A DNA stretch of 64,000 nt. It comes from Alphaproteobacteria bacterium. Its GTDB lineage: Bacteria > Pseudomonadota > Alphaproteobacteria > SHVV01. The notes beneath the pieces are model-generated. The model saw only the letters and a program-made list of their open reading frames with translations. It was not told where the DNA came from and did not search any database. The position numbers and the translations under genes are program-made. Location: NCBI GenBank assembly GCA_965261735.1, contig OZ253470.1:2688001-2752000 (forward strand). Reading direction: 5' to 3'. Positions 29,169 through 39,993 of the stretch are shown here, piece after piece (position 1 is the first letter of the stretch; each line of letters begins with the position of its first letter).

Positions 29169-30008
29169 ATGGCATCACCCGATAGCGAGCCGGCCGCCGA
29201 TCGCTCGGCCGCGGCGCAACGTGCGGAGCGCCCGGCGATCGCGGTTCGCGGCGTGGTCAAGTCGTTCGGCGGCATCACCGCGGTCGACCACTGCTCGATC
29301 GACGTGCGCCAAGGCTCGATCACCGGGCTGATCGGGCCCAACGGCGCCGGCAAGACGACCCTGTTCAACATCGTCGCCGGCTTCATGCGGCCCGACGGCG
29401 GGCGCATCGAACTCGAGGGGCGCGACGTGACCGGCATGGCGCCACATCTCCTGTTCGCCCGCGGCCTCGTGCGTACGTTCCAGATCCCGCACGAGTTCCA
29501 GCGCATGAGCGTGCTCGAAAACCTGATGGTGGTGCCGGGGCGGCAGACGGGCGAAAACGTCCTCAAGGCGTGGTTCCGTTGGGGCCGGGTCACGCACGAG
29601 GAGGAAGCACTGCGCGACAAGGCGGCCGAAGTCCTCGAATTCCTCGAGCTTACCCGGGTTACGGACGAGCTCGCGGGCAACCTGTCGGGAGGCCAGAAGA
29701 AGCTGCTCGAGCTCGGCCGGACGATGATGGCGGACGCCCGCGTCGTGTTGCTCGATGAGCCCGGTGCCGGGGTCAACCGCACATTGCTGGCCAAGCTCAG
29801 CGACAACATCGTCCGCCTCAACGAGGAGCGCGGCATGACCTTTTGCGTGATCGAGCACGACATGGACCTGATCGCCCGCCTGTGCAATCCGGTGATCGTG
29901 CTCGCCGAGGGACGGGTGATCGCCGAGGGCACGATGGACGACATCCGCCACAATGAGCAGGTGTTGGAGGCCTATCTCGGCGGGGGCGCGTCCGCGCACG
30001 AGGACTAG
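29169..30008 (+). CDS. livG: Branched-chain amino acid-type ABC ATP-binding protein
   Basis: GLIGPNGAGKTTLFN, RTFQI, LSGGQKKLLE, IEHDM. Confidence 0.88.
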   Translation: MASPDSEPAADRSAAAQRAERPAIAVRGVVKSFGGITAVDHCSIDVRQGSITGLIGPNGAGKTTLFNIVAGFMRPDGGRIELEGRDVTGMAPHLLFARGLVRTFQIPHEFQRMSVLENLMVVPGRQTGENVLKAWFRWGRVTHEEEALRDKAAEVLEFLELTRVTDELAGNLSGGQKKLLELGRTMMADARVVLLDEPGAGVNRTLLAKLSDNIVRLNEERGMTFCVIEHDMDLIARLCNPVIVLAEGRVIAEGTMDDIRHNEQVLEAYLGGGASAHED

Positions 30009-30044
30009 CGGCGCTCGCGCCCAGGACGGACGGGGCCGGTACGC

Positions 30045-30749
30045 ATGAGCTTGCTCGACGTCGACGACATCTATGGTGGCTACGGCGGCGCCGATATCCT
30101 GAACTCGGTCTCGATGCGGGTCGCGGCGGGTGAGATCGTGGTCATCGTCGGGCCCAACGGGGCCGGCAAGTCGACGGCGATGAAGGCGGTGTTCGGGCTG
30201 GTGGCGGTGCGGCGCGGGCACATCCGCTTCGACGGCTCCGATATCGCCAACCTCCGGCCCGACCAGATCGTCCGCCACGGACTGAGCTACGTACCCCAGG
30301 AACACAACGTCTTCCCCTCGCTCAGCGTGATCGAGAACCTCGAGATGGGCGCCTATGTCCGGCGCGACGCCTACGGCGCGCAGATCGAGCACGTGCTCAA
30401 CGTGTTTCCCCCGTTGCGCGAGAAGCGCCATCAGCCCGCGGGATCGCTGTCGGGCGGGCAGCGCCAGATGGTGGCGATCGGCCGCGCGCTGATGCTGGAG
30501 CCGCGGCTGCTGCTGCTCGACGAGCCGACCGCCGGCCTGTCGCCGTTGTTCATCGAGATCATTTTCGAACGCATTCTGGAGATCAACCGGCTCGGAATCA
30601 GCCTGCTGATGGTCGAGCAGAACGCCAAGCAGGCGCTCGGCATCGCACACCGCGGCTACGTGCTGACACTGGGCACCAACCGCTTCGAGGACACCGGCCC
30701 CAACCTGTTGGCGAACCCCGAGGTCGCCGAGATGTTTCTCGGCGGCTGA
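30045..30749 (+). CDS. livF: Branched-chain amino acid-type ABC ATP-binding protein
   Basis: GPNGAGKST, LSGGQRQMVAIGRALM, VEQNA. Confidence 0.88.
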   Translation: MSLLDVDDIYGGYGGADILNSVSMRVAAGEIVVIVGPNGAGKSTAMKAVFGLVAVRRGHIRFDGSDIANLRPDQIVRHGLSYVPQEHNVFPSLSVIENLEMGAYVRRDAYGAQIEHVLNVFPPLREKRHQPAGSLSGGQRQMVAIGRALMLEPRLLLLDEPTAGLSPLFIEIIFERILEINRLGISLLMVEQNAKQALGIAHRGYVLTLGTNRFEDTGPNLLANPEVAEMFLGG

Positions 30750-30761
30750 CGCGGCGGCGCG

Positions 30762-31628
30762 ATGCTCGAGGTCATCCAGCTCACCGTCTACGGGATCGTT
30801 CTCGGCAGCATCCTGACGCTCGGCGCCATCGGCCTGTCGCTGCTGTTCGGTATCCTGCGCTTCGCCCATTTCGCGCACGGCGACATGATGACGCTCGGCG
30901 CCTACCTCGCGCTCGCCGTCGTCGCCGGCCTGGGCCTGCCCATGGTGGTCGCCTTTCCGCTCGCCATGGCCGGCACCGTCGCCGTCGCGCTCGGCATCGA
31001 CCGTGTGCTGTACCGGCGGCTGCGCCGTACCCAGCCCGTCATTCTGCTGATCTCCTCGGTCGGCGTCGCGTTGATGCTACGCAGCGCCGTGCAGCTGGTC
31101 TGGGGCCCGCGCAACCAGGTCTATGAGCCCGGCATCAAGCTGCCGCTGAGCATCGCGGACATCAGGATCAAGCCCGATCAGCTCACTATCGTCGCCGGCG
31201 CCGCGGTCCTCGTCATCGCGCTGCATCTGTTCCTGAAGTACACCAAGATCGGCAAGGCGATGCGGGCGATGAGTGATAACGCCGACCTCGCGCGCGTCAC
31301 CGGCATCGACACCGAGCGCGTGGTCGCCTGGACTTGGGTGATCGGCGGAAGCCTGGCGGCGGCGGCCGGTATCTTCCTCGCCATCGACACCCGCCTGCTA
31401 CCGACGCTGGGCTGGAACCTACTGCTGCCGGTGTTCGCGGCCGCCATCCTCGGCGGTATCGGCCGCCCCTATGGGGCCATCGCCGGGGGCATGGTCATCG
31501 GCATCACGGCGGAGCTGTCGACACTGTTCCTGGTGCCCGCCTACAAGCCCGTGGTCCCCTTCGTGCTGATGGTGGCGATGCTCGTGTGGCGGCCCCAGGG
31601 CCTGTTCGGAGGACCGAAATGGAACTAG
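30762..31628 (+). CDS. livH: Branched-chain amino acid-type ABC permease
   Basis: GLSLLFGILRFAHFAHGD, GKAMRA...N..LARVTGI, FAAAILGGIG. Confidence 0.88.
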   Translation: MLEVIQLTVYGIVLGSILTLGAIGLSLLFGILRFAHFAHGDMMTLGAYLALAVVAGLGLPMVVAFPLAMAGTVAVALGIDRVLYRRLRRTQPVILLISSVGVALMLRSAVQLVWGPRNQVYEPGIKLPLSIADIRIKPDQLTIVAGAAVLVIALHLFLKYTKIGKAMRAMSDNADLARVTGIDTERVVAWTWVIGGSLAAAAGIFLAIDTRLLPTLGWNLLLPVFAAAILGGIGRPYGAIAGGMVIGITAELSTLFLVPAYKPVVPFVLMVAMLVWRPQGLFGGPKWN

Positions 31629-32563
31629 GCGGCCTGCTCAGCTACCTCGTCTTTTTCGTCACCCTGGTCGGTGTCTACGCGCTGCTTTCGCTCGGCCTCA
31701 ACGTGCAATGGGGCTTCACGGGCCTGTTCAATATCGGCATCGCCGCCTACTTCGCGGTCGGCGCCTACGCGAGCGCGATCCTCACCACCGACCCGAGCCC
31801 GACGCACCTCGGCGGCTTCGGGCTGCCCTTCGTCGTCGGCCTCTCCGGCGCCATGGCGAGTGCCGGCGTGCTCGCCTACCTCATCGGCCGCGCCACGCTG
31901 AATCTACGCGGCGACTACCTCGCCATCGCGACCATCGGTATCGCCGAGATCGTGCGCCTGGTGCTCAAGAACGAGGCCTGGCTGACCAACGGGGTGCGCG
32001 GTATTCCCGGTATACCGGAGCCCGTGCCCGGCCTCGAGGGCGATGCGCGCGCGCTCGTCTATCTCGCCATCGTCGTCGCCGCGGTGGCGTTGACCTATGT
32101 CGCGCTCGAACGTGCTCGCCGGGCGCCGTGGGGCCGAGCGCTGCGGGCACTGCGCGAGAACGAGGCGTCGGCCCAGGCCGCCGGCAAGGACGTCGTGCGC
32201 TTTCGCATGGAGGCGTTCGTGCTCGGCTCGATGATCATGGGGCTCGCGGGCGCGCTCTACGCCCACTTCGTGACCTTCATCAGCCCCGAGGCCTTCGATC
32301 CCATGTTCGCTACCTTCCTGGTCTGGGTGATGCTGATCGCGGGTGGCAGCGCCAACAACAAGGGCGCCATCCTTGGCGCCTTCGTCATCTGGATCGTGTG
32401 GTCGGGGACCGAAGTCCTGACCAACCGGCTACCGCCGGAAATCATGACCCAGGCGAGCGCGCTGCGGGTGTTCCTGATCGGCCTGCTGCTTCAGGTCATC
32501 CTGCTGATGCGGCCCGAGGGCCTGCTGCCCGAACCGCACGAGAGATCGCATCGGGAGAACTGA
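31619..32563 (+). CDS. livM: Branched-chain amino acid-type ABC permease
   Basis: LGLNVQWGFTGLFNIG, LRGDYLAIATIG, GRALRALRENE. Confidence 0.88.
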   Translation: MELGGLLSYLVFFVTLVGVYALLSLGLNVQWGFTGLFNIGIAAYFAVGAYASAILTTDPSPTHLGGFGLPFVVGLSGAMASAGVLAYLIGRATLNLRGDYLAIATIGIAEIVRLVLKNEAWLTNGVRGIPGIPEPVPGLEGDARALVYLAIVVAAVALTYVALERARRAPWGRALRALRENEASAQAAGKDVVRFRMEAFVLGSMIMGLAGALYAHFVTFISPEAFDPMFATFLVWVMLIAGGSANNKGAILGAFVIWIVWSGTEVLTNRLPPEIMTQASALRVFLIGLLLQVILLMRPEGLLPEPHERSHREN

Positions 32564-32589
32564 CACCGGCGTACACCGCGCCCAAGAAA

Positions 32590-32624
32590 GAGCGCCCGCA
32601 AGGATCGGTTCCCTGCGGGCGCTC
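32590..32624 (-). terminator. Rho-independent terminator between convergent livM and substrate-binding genes
   Basis: GAGCGCCCGCA...TGCGGGCGCTC stem followed by TTTCTT on the minus strand. Confidence 0.6.
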
Positions 32625-32649
32625 GCCTGAGCCGCGCTCGGCCAGACGT

Positions 32650-33885
32650 TTACATCTTGGGCTCGACGATTTCGAGCGTGACCAGCTTGCCGCCCTTGAC
32701 CACCCAGTGGGCGAAGGTCCCGGGCACGTCGCCGGCCGCGTCGAAGTCCTGGGAGCCGGCGGCGCCGGTGTAATTGATGGCGCTTCCCGCCGCGAGCAGG
32801 CCGCGGGCCTTGGCCCATTGGCCGGGCAGGATCGTCTCGCCGGGCGGGTTGGCGATTTCGCGCAGGGCGTCACGGATCTTGGTGCCGTTGGTCGAGCCCG
32901 CCTTCTGGATCGCCAGCGCGAGAAGGAACGTGGCGTCGTAGGCGTTGTCGATGAAGGGCAGCGGCGGCAGCTCGCCGTACTCCTTCTCGTAAGCCTCGCG
33001 GAAGCGAATCGCCGCGTCGCTGTCGGCCACCGCCTCCGGTGCCGTGCCCCACATGCCGTTCAGGTGCTGGGCGCCGATGGCCGTGATCATGTCCACCGAC
33101 TTCATACCGTCGGTGAACACGAAGTCCTTGAAGAGTCCGCCTTCCAGCGACTGGCGCAGGATGGGGATACCGTCCTCTGGGTAGGCGATCAGCAGCAGAG
33201 TCTTGGCGCCGCCGGCGGCCGCCTTGGTGAGCTCACCGCGGTAGGAGGCCTGCTTGGGCTCATAAGCGATGGACGTCACCTTGCCCTTGAATCCGGCGGC
33301 GAACGCGTCGTTGAGACCCTGGCCGTAGTCGTTGTTGACGTAAACGATGGCGACGTTGCGCAAACCCTTGCCGTAGGCCAGATCGCCGAGAACGACCCCC
33401 TGAAGCGCATCGTGCGGCGTACTGCGGAACAGAAAGTCCTTGTCGTTCAAGGTGGTGATCGTCGGCGCGGTCGAGGCGCTCGAGATCTGCGGCACGCCCG
33501 ATGCGCTCGTGACACTGGTGGCGACCGGAATGGTGACGCCGCTCGACAGCGCACCGACGACGCCGTGGGCGCCCTCGATGGAGACGAGCCGCTTGGCGGC
33601 CTCGACGCCGGCTTGGGGGTTGGTCTGCGTGTCGCCGACCGCCATGCCGAGTTCGCCGCCGAGGATGCCGCCGCCCTCGTTGACCTGTTTGATCACGAGC
33701 TTCACGCCGTTGAGCGAACTCTGCCCGTATTCGGCGAGGCCGCCGGTGAGCGGCATGAGCGCCCCGATCTTCGCCATCTCCGCGGCCTCGGCCGGCGGGG
33801 CGTACGCCAGCGATACGGCGATGCCGACCATGGCAAGTCCGCGCCAGCCGTGCGCGGACAAAGACCCCCCTGACAGATGCGACAT
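32650..33885 (-). CDS. LivK/LivJ-like ABC substrate-binding protein
   Basis: Signal peptide, KIGALMPLTG, GALSSGV, FRSTPHD..QG, YDA; convergent with livGFHM. Confidence 0.9.
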   Translation of the reverse strand: MSHLSGGSLSAHGWRGLAMVGIAVSLAYAPPAEAAEMAKIGALMPLTGGLAEYGQSSLNGVKLVIKQVNEGGGILGGELGMAVGDTQTNPQAGVEAAKRLVSIEGAHGVVGALSSGVTIPVATSVTSASGVPQISSASTAPTITTLNDKDFLFRSTPHDALQGVVLGDLAYGKGLRNVAIVYVNNDYGQGLNDAFAAGFKGKVTSIAYEPKQASYRGELTKAAAGGAKTLLLIAYPEDGIPILRQSLEGGLFKDFVFTDGMKSVDMITAIGAQHLNGMWGTAPEAVADSDAAIRFREAYEKEYGELPPLPFIDNAYDATFLLALAIQKAGSTNGTKIRDALREIANPPGETILPGQWAKARGLLAAGSAINYTGAAGSQDFDAAGDVPGTFAHWVVKGGKLVTLEIVEPKM

Positions 33886-34079
33886 GATGTCCTCCCGTGC
33901 AATGGAGCCGCGTCCCGTGCGCCAGTGGCCGGGCGCGTCAGCTGACCCAATCTAGTATATTTTCCGAAACCGTCATAAGGGTTTGGCGCGAGGTAGCGGA
34001 CGTTTTGTTTTGCGCCGCCGGGGCCGGCGCCCCATAGTGGATGGACCTGAAAACGAATCGACAGTGAGGGAGGCCAGTG

Positions 34080-34455
34080 ATGAAAGCAGTGCTCTCCAGA
34101 GCCGCGCTCGCCGCGGTGGTGGTATGCGGCTTTGCCGTCTCCGCCTCGGCCAAGACGCTGATTTACTGTTCCGAGGGCAACATCGAAGGCTTCAACCCGG
34201 CGCTCTATACCTCGGGCACGACCTTCGACGCGGGCTCACGGCAAATTTTCAACAAACTCGTTGAGTTCGAGCTCGGCACCACCAACGTGGTCGCCGGCCT
34301 CGCCGAGTCCTGGTCGGCATCGGAAGACGGCCTGTCTTACATCTTCAAGTTGCGCCGCGGCGTCAAATGGCACACGACGAAGAACTTCACCCCGAGCCGG
34401 GATTTCAATGCCGATGACGTGATCTTCAGCTTCACCCGGCAGTGGAACAAGGACC
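34080..34455 (+). pseudogene. dppA: DppA-like dipeptide-binding protein, 5-prime fragment truncated by IS1595
   Basis: KTLIYCSEG..EGFNPALYTSGTTFDA...GLAESW..SEDG..Y.FKLRRGVKWH...FNADDVIFSF, then the IS end. Confidence 0.88.
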
Positions 34456-35560
34456 CTTGCATATCCGGTTAACACCCATGACCGCTACATGTAGGGTGCC
34501 GCCACTCTCCCGAGTAAAGCTCGGCATAGGTTGGAGCAGAGGTGTCGCCCGCGATGCCGAGCAATGAGCGGAAGGCGTTGAACGGGTAGAACCGCCTGTT
34601 GAAGCGGAAGGTGAACTCGTTGAGGTAGGCTTGTAGGTGCTGGTGGCTAACGCCGTGGTGGATACCGATCAGCCACGTCTTCAGGTTGGCGAAAATCAGA
34701 TGGATGATCGGCAGGTATTGCTCGGCAACCTCTGGATCACCACACTCGGCAACAGCGAAGTGCTCATAGCCGCGCTTACCGAGGCCAGCATAGCCGCTCC
34801 AATCGTCAGTAACGATCAGCGATCGCGGCGCGACGGTGCTCTCGACGAACCCACAGAGCGACTCGGCGCTACGGTCGAGCACGACGGCGAGCCGAACGCG
34901 TCCGGCATAGCGTCCGTCTTTCCGGTTGTCGAGCTTGGTGCCCGGCTTTCGATGACGCACCTCGATGGCACAGGAGACGGGAACCTTGTGGTGAACACCA
35001 CGGCCTTCCCCACGCGTTCGCCCGCCAACCCAGGTTTCGTCCACCTCAACATGGTTCTTGGGCTGTCCACCGATCCTGTCTTGGTTGGGCCGCACCATGC
35101 CCGAGCGGAGCTTGTGGAGAATTTGAAAGGCCGTCTCGTAGCGCGAAAGACCAAGTTACCGCTGAAACTGCACGGCGGACATGCCGGGCGTCTGACTGGC
35201 GACCAGATAAGCGGCCCAGAACCAGACGTTCAGCGGAGTGTGGCTACGCTCCATCACTGTTCCCACCGTCAGCCCGGTGTTCTGGCGGCACTTGCGGCAG
35301 CGCAGGACGCCAGGGCGGTTTTCAAAGTGGAACGGCTCTCCCGCCGTGCCGCAGTGCGGGCAGGCAAAGCCGTCTCCCCAGCGGGCTTTCTCCAGGTAGG
35401 CGGCGCAGGCCGCATCATCGGGGAAAAGTCGCTGGAACTCGGGTAGCGAATGCGGGAATGGGAGATCGGCGCGGTCGAGAACATCCATGGCGCGCTCCCC
35501 TATATCCGGGTTGCGCCCATTCTAGCCCTAGTGGGTGTGGGTGTAAACCGGATAGGCAAG
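34456..35560 (-). mobile_element. IS1595-family element copy 1 (transposase has a CAA>TAA nonsense codon at 35156-35158)
   Basis: Terminal IRs CTTGC(A/C)TATCCGGTT; CPHCG Zn ribbon, VEVDETWVGG, TDDW, YLNEF.FRFNRR; no TSD. Confidence 0.93.
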
Positions 35561-35606
35561 GTTTGAGTATCGCTATAACCGCCGGAAGCGGCCTGGAAAC
35601 CTTCCG

Positions 35607-38026
35607 ATGCTTCGTAACTTCCGCGTTCTCTGCGTTTTCGTCGCGGTTGTCGGCTACGCGACTGGGGTTCGGGCGCAGGAGTACAGTTCGTTTCTTGCCT
35701 ATCCGGTTAACGCCCATGACCGCTACATGTAGGGTGCCACCACTCTCCCGAGTAAAGCTCGGCATAGGTTGGAGCAGAGGTGTCGCCCGCGATGCCGAGC
35801 AATGAGCGGAAGGCGTTGAACGGGTAGAACCGCCTGTTGAAGCGGAAGGTGAACTCGTTGAGGTAGGCTTGTAGGTGCTGGTGGCTAACGCCGTGGTGGA
35901 TACCGATCAGCCACGTCTTCAGGTTGGCGAAAACCAGATGGATGATCGGCAGGTATTGCTCGGCAACCTCTGGATCACCACACTCGGCAACAGCGAAGTG
36001 CTCATAGCCGCGCTTACCGAGGCCAGCATAGCCGCTCCAATCGTCAGTAACGATCAGCGATCCCGGCGCGACGGTGCTCTCGACGAACCCACAGAGCGAC
36101 TCGGCGCTACGGTCGAGCACGACGTCGATGGCACAGGAGACGGGAACCTTGTGGTGAACACCACGGCCTTCCCCACGCGTTCGCCCGCCAACCCAGGTTT
36201 CGTCCACCTCAACATGGTTCTTGGGCTGTCCACCGATCCTGTCTTGGTTGGGCCGCACCATGCCCGAGCGGAGCTTGTGGAGAATTTGAAAGGCCGTCTC
36301 GTAGCGCGAAAGACCAAGTTGCCGCTGAAACTGCACGGCGGACATGCCGGGCGTCTGACTGGCGACCAGATAAGCGGCCCAGAACCAGACGTTCAGCGGA
36401 GTGTGGCTACGCTCCATCACTGTTCCCACCGTCAGCCCGGTGTTCTGGCGGCACTTGCGGCAGCGCAGGACGCCAGGGCGGTTTTCAAAGTGGAACGGCT
36501 CTCCCGCCGTGCCGCAGTGCGGGCAGGCAAAGCCGTCTCCCCAGCGGGCTTTCTCCAGGTAGGCGGCGCAGGCCGCATCATCGGGGAAAAGTCGCTGGAA
36601 CTCGGGTAGCGAATGCGGGAATGGGAGATCGGCGCGGTCGAGAACATCCATGGCGCGCTCCCCTATATCCGGGTTGCGCCCATTCTAGCCCTAGTGGGTG
36701 TGGGTGTAAACCGGATAGGCAAGGTTCGTTTGTCGTGTTCGGGGACAGCCTGAGCGACTCCGGCAATATCGCTCATGCGTTGGGTTTGCCAACAGGGAGC
36801 AGCTTTACCACCAATCCCGATCCGGTCTGGGCGAGGATCGTCGCGCATACCTTCCGCTCGCCAGGGCTACATTCGCTCAGCGGTGGGTCAAACCACGCCT
36901 TTGGTGGCGCCTGTGTAAATCCGGACAGTCCGTGCACTGTTCCTGTGCCGGGGATCGGTCAGCAGATCGATCAATATCTTTCCTCACGGCCCTCGGGGGC
37001 GGCCGATCCGAACGCCTTTTATGCCGTTTGGGGCGGCGCGAACGATGTGTTGGCCGTCGCCGAGGCTGCCGCAAGTACCAGTCCCGGTGTCCGAGCGGCT
37101 AATCCTCGAGCCGCCACTCTGGCGGCGGCTCGCGCCTATACAGATCATATCCGGCGTCTTCAAGAGGCCGGCGCTCGCCATGTCGTGGTCTTCAACTTGG
37201 TCGATGCGGGCGAGACGCCGTTTGCACGTCGCGCCGGCGATCCGAGAATTCCGGCCGCGCTTACCGCTCTCGTGACCCTTTACAACGAGGAGCTCGACGC
37301 GGGCTTTCGTTCGCTCGATGCGGGGATCGTTCCGATCAACACCTTCGCCCTGTTCGGGGAGGTTCTCCAAGACCCCACGACTTACGGCTTCACCAATGTT
37401 CATGGAGCGGCCTGTTCCCCGAGCGAGAGGTTACCTGTATGCGGCCCATCAGGCTCCGGCTCTCGCGTAACCTATGACCCCGGCACCAACCGGAGTCATT
37501 ATGTTTGCGGATGACAAGCACCCCAGCGGAGCGGCCCACGAGATAGTCGCAAGTGTGGTGACATCAACCCTCGCGGCCCCAGTTCAGGTTTCGCTCGCCG
37601 GGGAGGCGGGTGTCGACGCGGTGGCTACGCACCGACGCGTGGTGTCGCGCGAGCAAATGTCGGATTTAGGGCTTGAGCGCGCGGTCGGGAGTTGGCGCGG
37701 CTACACGGTGGGACACTTGGGCAAACGTGGTTTGGATGCCCTGCCGCGTCTTGGAAAAGCGCGGACCGACGTGCAAGCGATCACCCTGGGAGCCAGCCAG
37801 CGTGTGGCAACCAGCCGTTGGTGGGGCGCCGCACTGAGCGAGCCGCCACGACAATGACGTTTCGGGCGCGGTTCTCGAGAGCAACACAGTCGTCGGCTCG
37901 GTCCACGGGGCATGGCGTCAAAGCCGCCTAGACCTGAGCGGTTCGCTGAACCTGGGCAGAAGCCAGGTGGACATCGAGCGTTCGATTGCCCTTGGACCGG
38001 CAATGCGCACCGAGCACGGTTCCACG
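35607..38026 (+). pseudogene. GDSL esterase autotransporter (EstA-like), split by IS1595 copy 2, frameshifted and cut by IS256
   Basis: MLRNFRVLCVFVAVVGYATGVRAQEYSSF joins VVFGDSLSDSGN across the IS; WGGAND; FADDKHPS in a shifted frame; beta-barrel-like tail. Confidence 0.85.
35694..36723 (-). mobile_element. IS1595-family element copy 2 (75-bp in-frame deletion in tnp; ORF 35707-36651)
   Basis: IRs present; 8-bp TSD GTTCGTTT at 35686-35693 and 36724-36731. Confidence 0.95.
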
Positions 38027-39475
38027 GGTCGTGTCCCAGGACGTGGTGTAGGAGTTGTTGGAGCCTCTGTTAGCTGTGGGTAGGCGGCTTGCCGTAGCGA
38101 CCGCCGAGAGTCTGGCGTAGGCAAGCCGGCTATCCACAGCGGAGGCCATCGCGGTTCCGGTTTAGGGTTGGGCTAGTGCAAACCAACCTGACCCGAAGGA
38201 GAACCACGATGACCCAGGACATGATGACCCTGCGCGCGCTTTTGGAGAAGAACTCCGATGCCGATCTGCTTTGCGAGATGATCGGCTTCACGGCCGAGCG
38301 GCTGATGGCACTGGAGGTTGAGGGCCTGACCGGCGCCGGGCACGGCGAGCGCTCGGCGGATCGTATCACCCATCGCAACGGCTACCGCGACCGGTCCTGG
38401 GAGACGCGGGCCGGCACGGTCGAGCTGAAGATCCCGAAGCTGAGGAAGGGAAGCTACTTCCCGGGCTTCCTGGAGCCGCGGCGGATGGCCGAGAAGGCGC
38501 TGGCTGCGGTGATCCAGGAGGCCTACATCCAGGGGGTGTCGACCCGCTCGGTCGACGATCTGGTTCAGGCGATGGGGATGTCGGGCGCCTCCAAGAGCCA
38601 GGTCTCCAGGCTGTGCGGCGAGATCGACGATAAGGTCAACGGCTTCCTCGATCGACCGCTGGAGGGCGACTGGCCCTATCTGTGGCTCGACGCCACCTAC
38701 GTGAAGGTGCGCCAGACCGGACGCATCGTCTCGGTCGCGGTGACCGTGGCTGTGGCCGTCAACGACCAAGGCCGCCGCGAGGTCCTGGGCGTGGCGATCG
38801 GCGCGTCGGAGGCCGAGACCTTCTGGACCGAGTTCCTGCGCTCGCTGGCCCGGCGCGGGCTGCGCGGCGTGAAGCTGGTGATCTCCGACGACCACAAGGG
38901 CCTGAAGGCCGCCGCGACCCGGATCCTCGGCGCCACATGGCAGCGCTGCCGCGTGCACTTCGCCCGCAACCTGCTGGCCCATGCCGGCCGCCAGGGCCGG
39001 CGCGTCGTCTCCGCCTTCGTCGCCACCGCCTTCGCCCAGGAGGACGCCGACAGCGCGAAGGTCCAGTGGCGCCAGGTCGCCGACCAGCTCAGGCCCAAGG
39101 TGCCCAAGCTGGCAGTTCTCATGGACGAAGCCGAGCACGACGTCCTCGCCTACATGAGCTTCCCCAGGGAGCACCGCCAGAAATTGCACTCCACAAACCC
39201 GATCGAACGGCTCCATGCCGAGGTCAAGCGTCGCACCAACGTCGTCGGTATCTTTCCCAACGAAGCCGCCATCACACGGCTCGTCGGCGCCATCCTTCTC
39301 GAGCAGAACGACGAGTGGGCCGTCTCAAGGAGATACATGACGCTGGAATCCATCGCTCCGCTGAGCGATGGTGTCCCCATCACGCTGCCCACCGTGGCAG
39401 CCTGAACGTCCCGGCCCTACCCGCCGGGAGCCGCGTAGAGCGCAACGCTCTTACACCACTCCGCGGGACACGATC
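38027..39475 (+). mobile_element. IS256-family element copy 1 (tnp 38209-39405, intact)
   Basis: IRs GGTCGTGTCCC / GGGACACGATC; [40 protein letters not shown]. Confidence 0.96.
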
Positions 39476-39993
39476 CTGGAGCGGTTCGCCGCTTCGGGTC
39501 TGGACTGGGCCGAGGCCTGCGACATGGACGAGGAGGCCCTGGAGGCGGCGCTCTATCGGATATCCCGGGCTTCGGATTGGCCGGAGGTGAACTGGGCCAT
39601 GGTCGAGTAAGACCTGTCCGGCCGCGGCATGACGCTGATGCTGCTGTGGGAGGAATGGCGCGAGACGCATCCCGACGGGATGAGCTATCCGACCTGGTGC
39701 CGCCGGTTCCGGGAATGGCGGCCGCGCCGGGACGTGACGATGCGCCAGAACCGCCGTCCCGGCGAGCGTCTGTTCGTCGATTACGCCGGCATGACGGCTC
39801 CACTCCTGGTCGAGGGGGTCGAGCACGAGGCGCAGGTGTTCGTGGGCTCGATGGGGGTGTCGGGGCGGCTCTACGCCGAGGCGACGCTGACCCAGAAGAT
39901 CGAGGACTGGTGCGCCTCGCACGTGCGGTGCTTCGAGGACATGGGCTGGGCGCCGCAGCTGGTGGTTCCGGACAACATCAAGTCGGCGGTGGC
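39476..39993 (+). pseudogene. istA: IS21-family IstA transposase fragment
   Basis: TLMLLWEEW....PDGMSY..WC, PGERLFVDYAG, YAEAT..Q, VVPDNIKSAV; internal TAA at 39608. Confidence 0.85.

Noticed and set aside
29175-33873. Long antisense ORFs (567 aa at 29175-30878, 721 aa at 31708-33873) and similar ones at 1969-3471 and 38173-39216
   Set aside because: Shadow ORFs of well-supported genes in high-GC DNA; no recognisable motifs.
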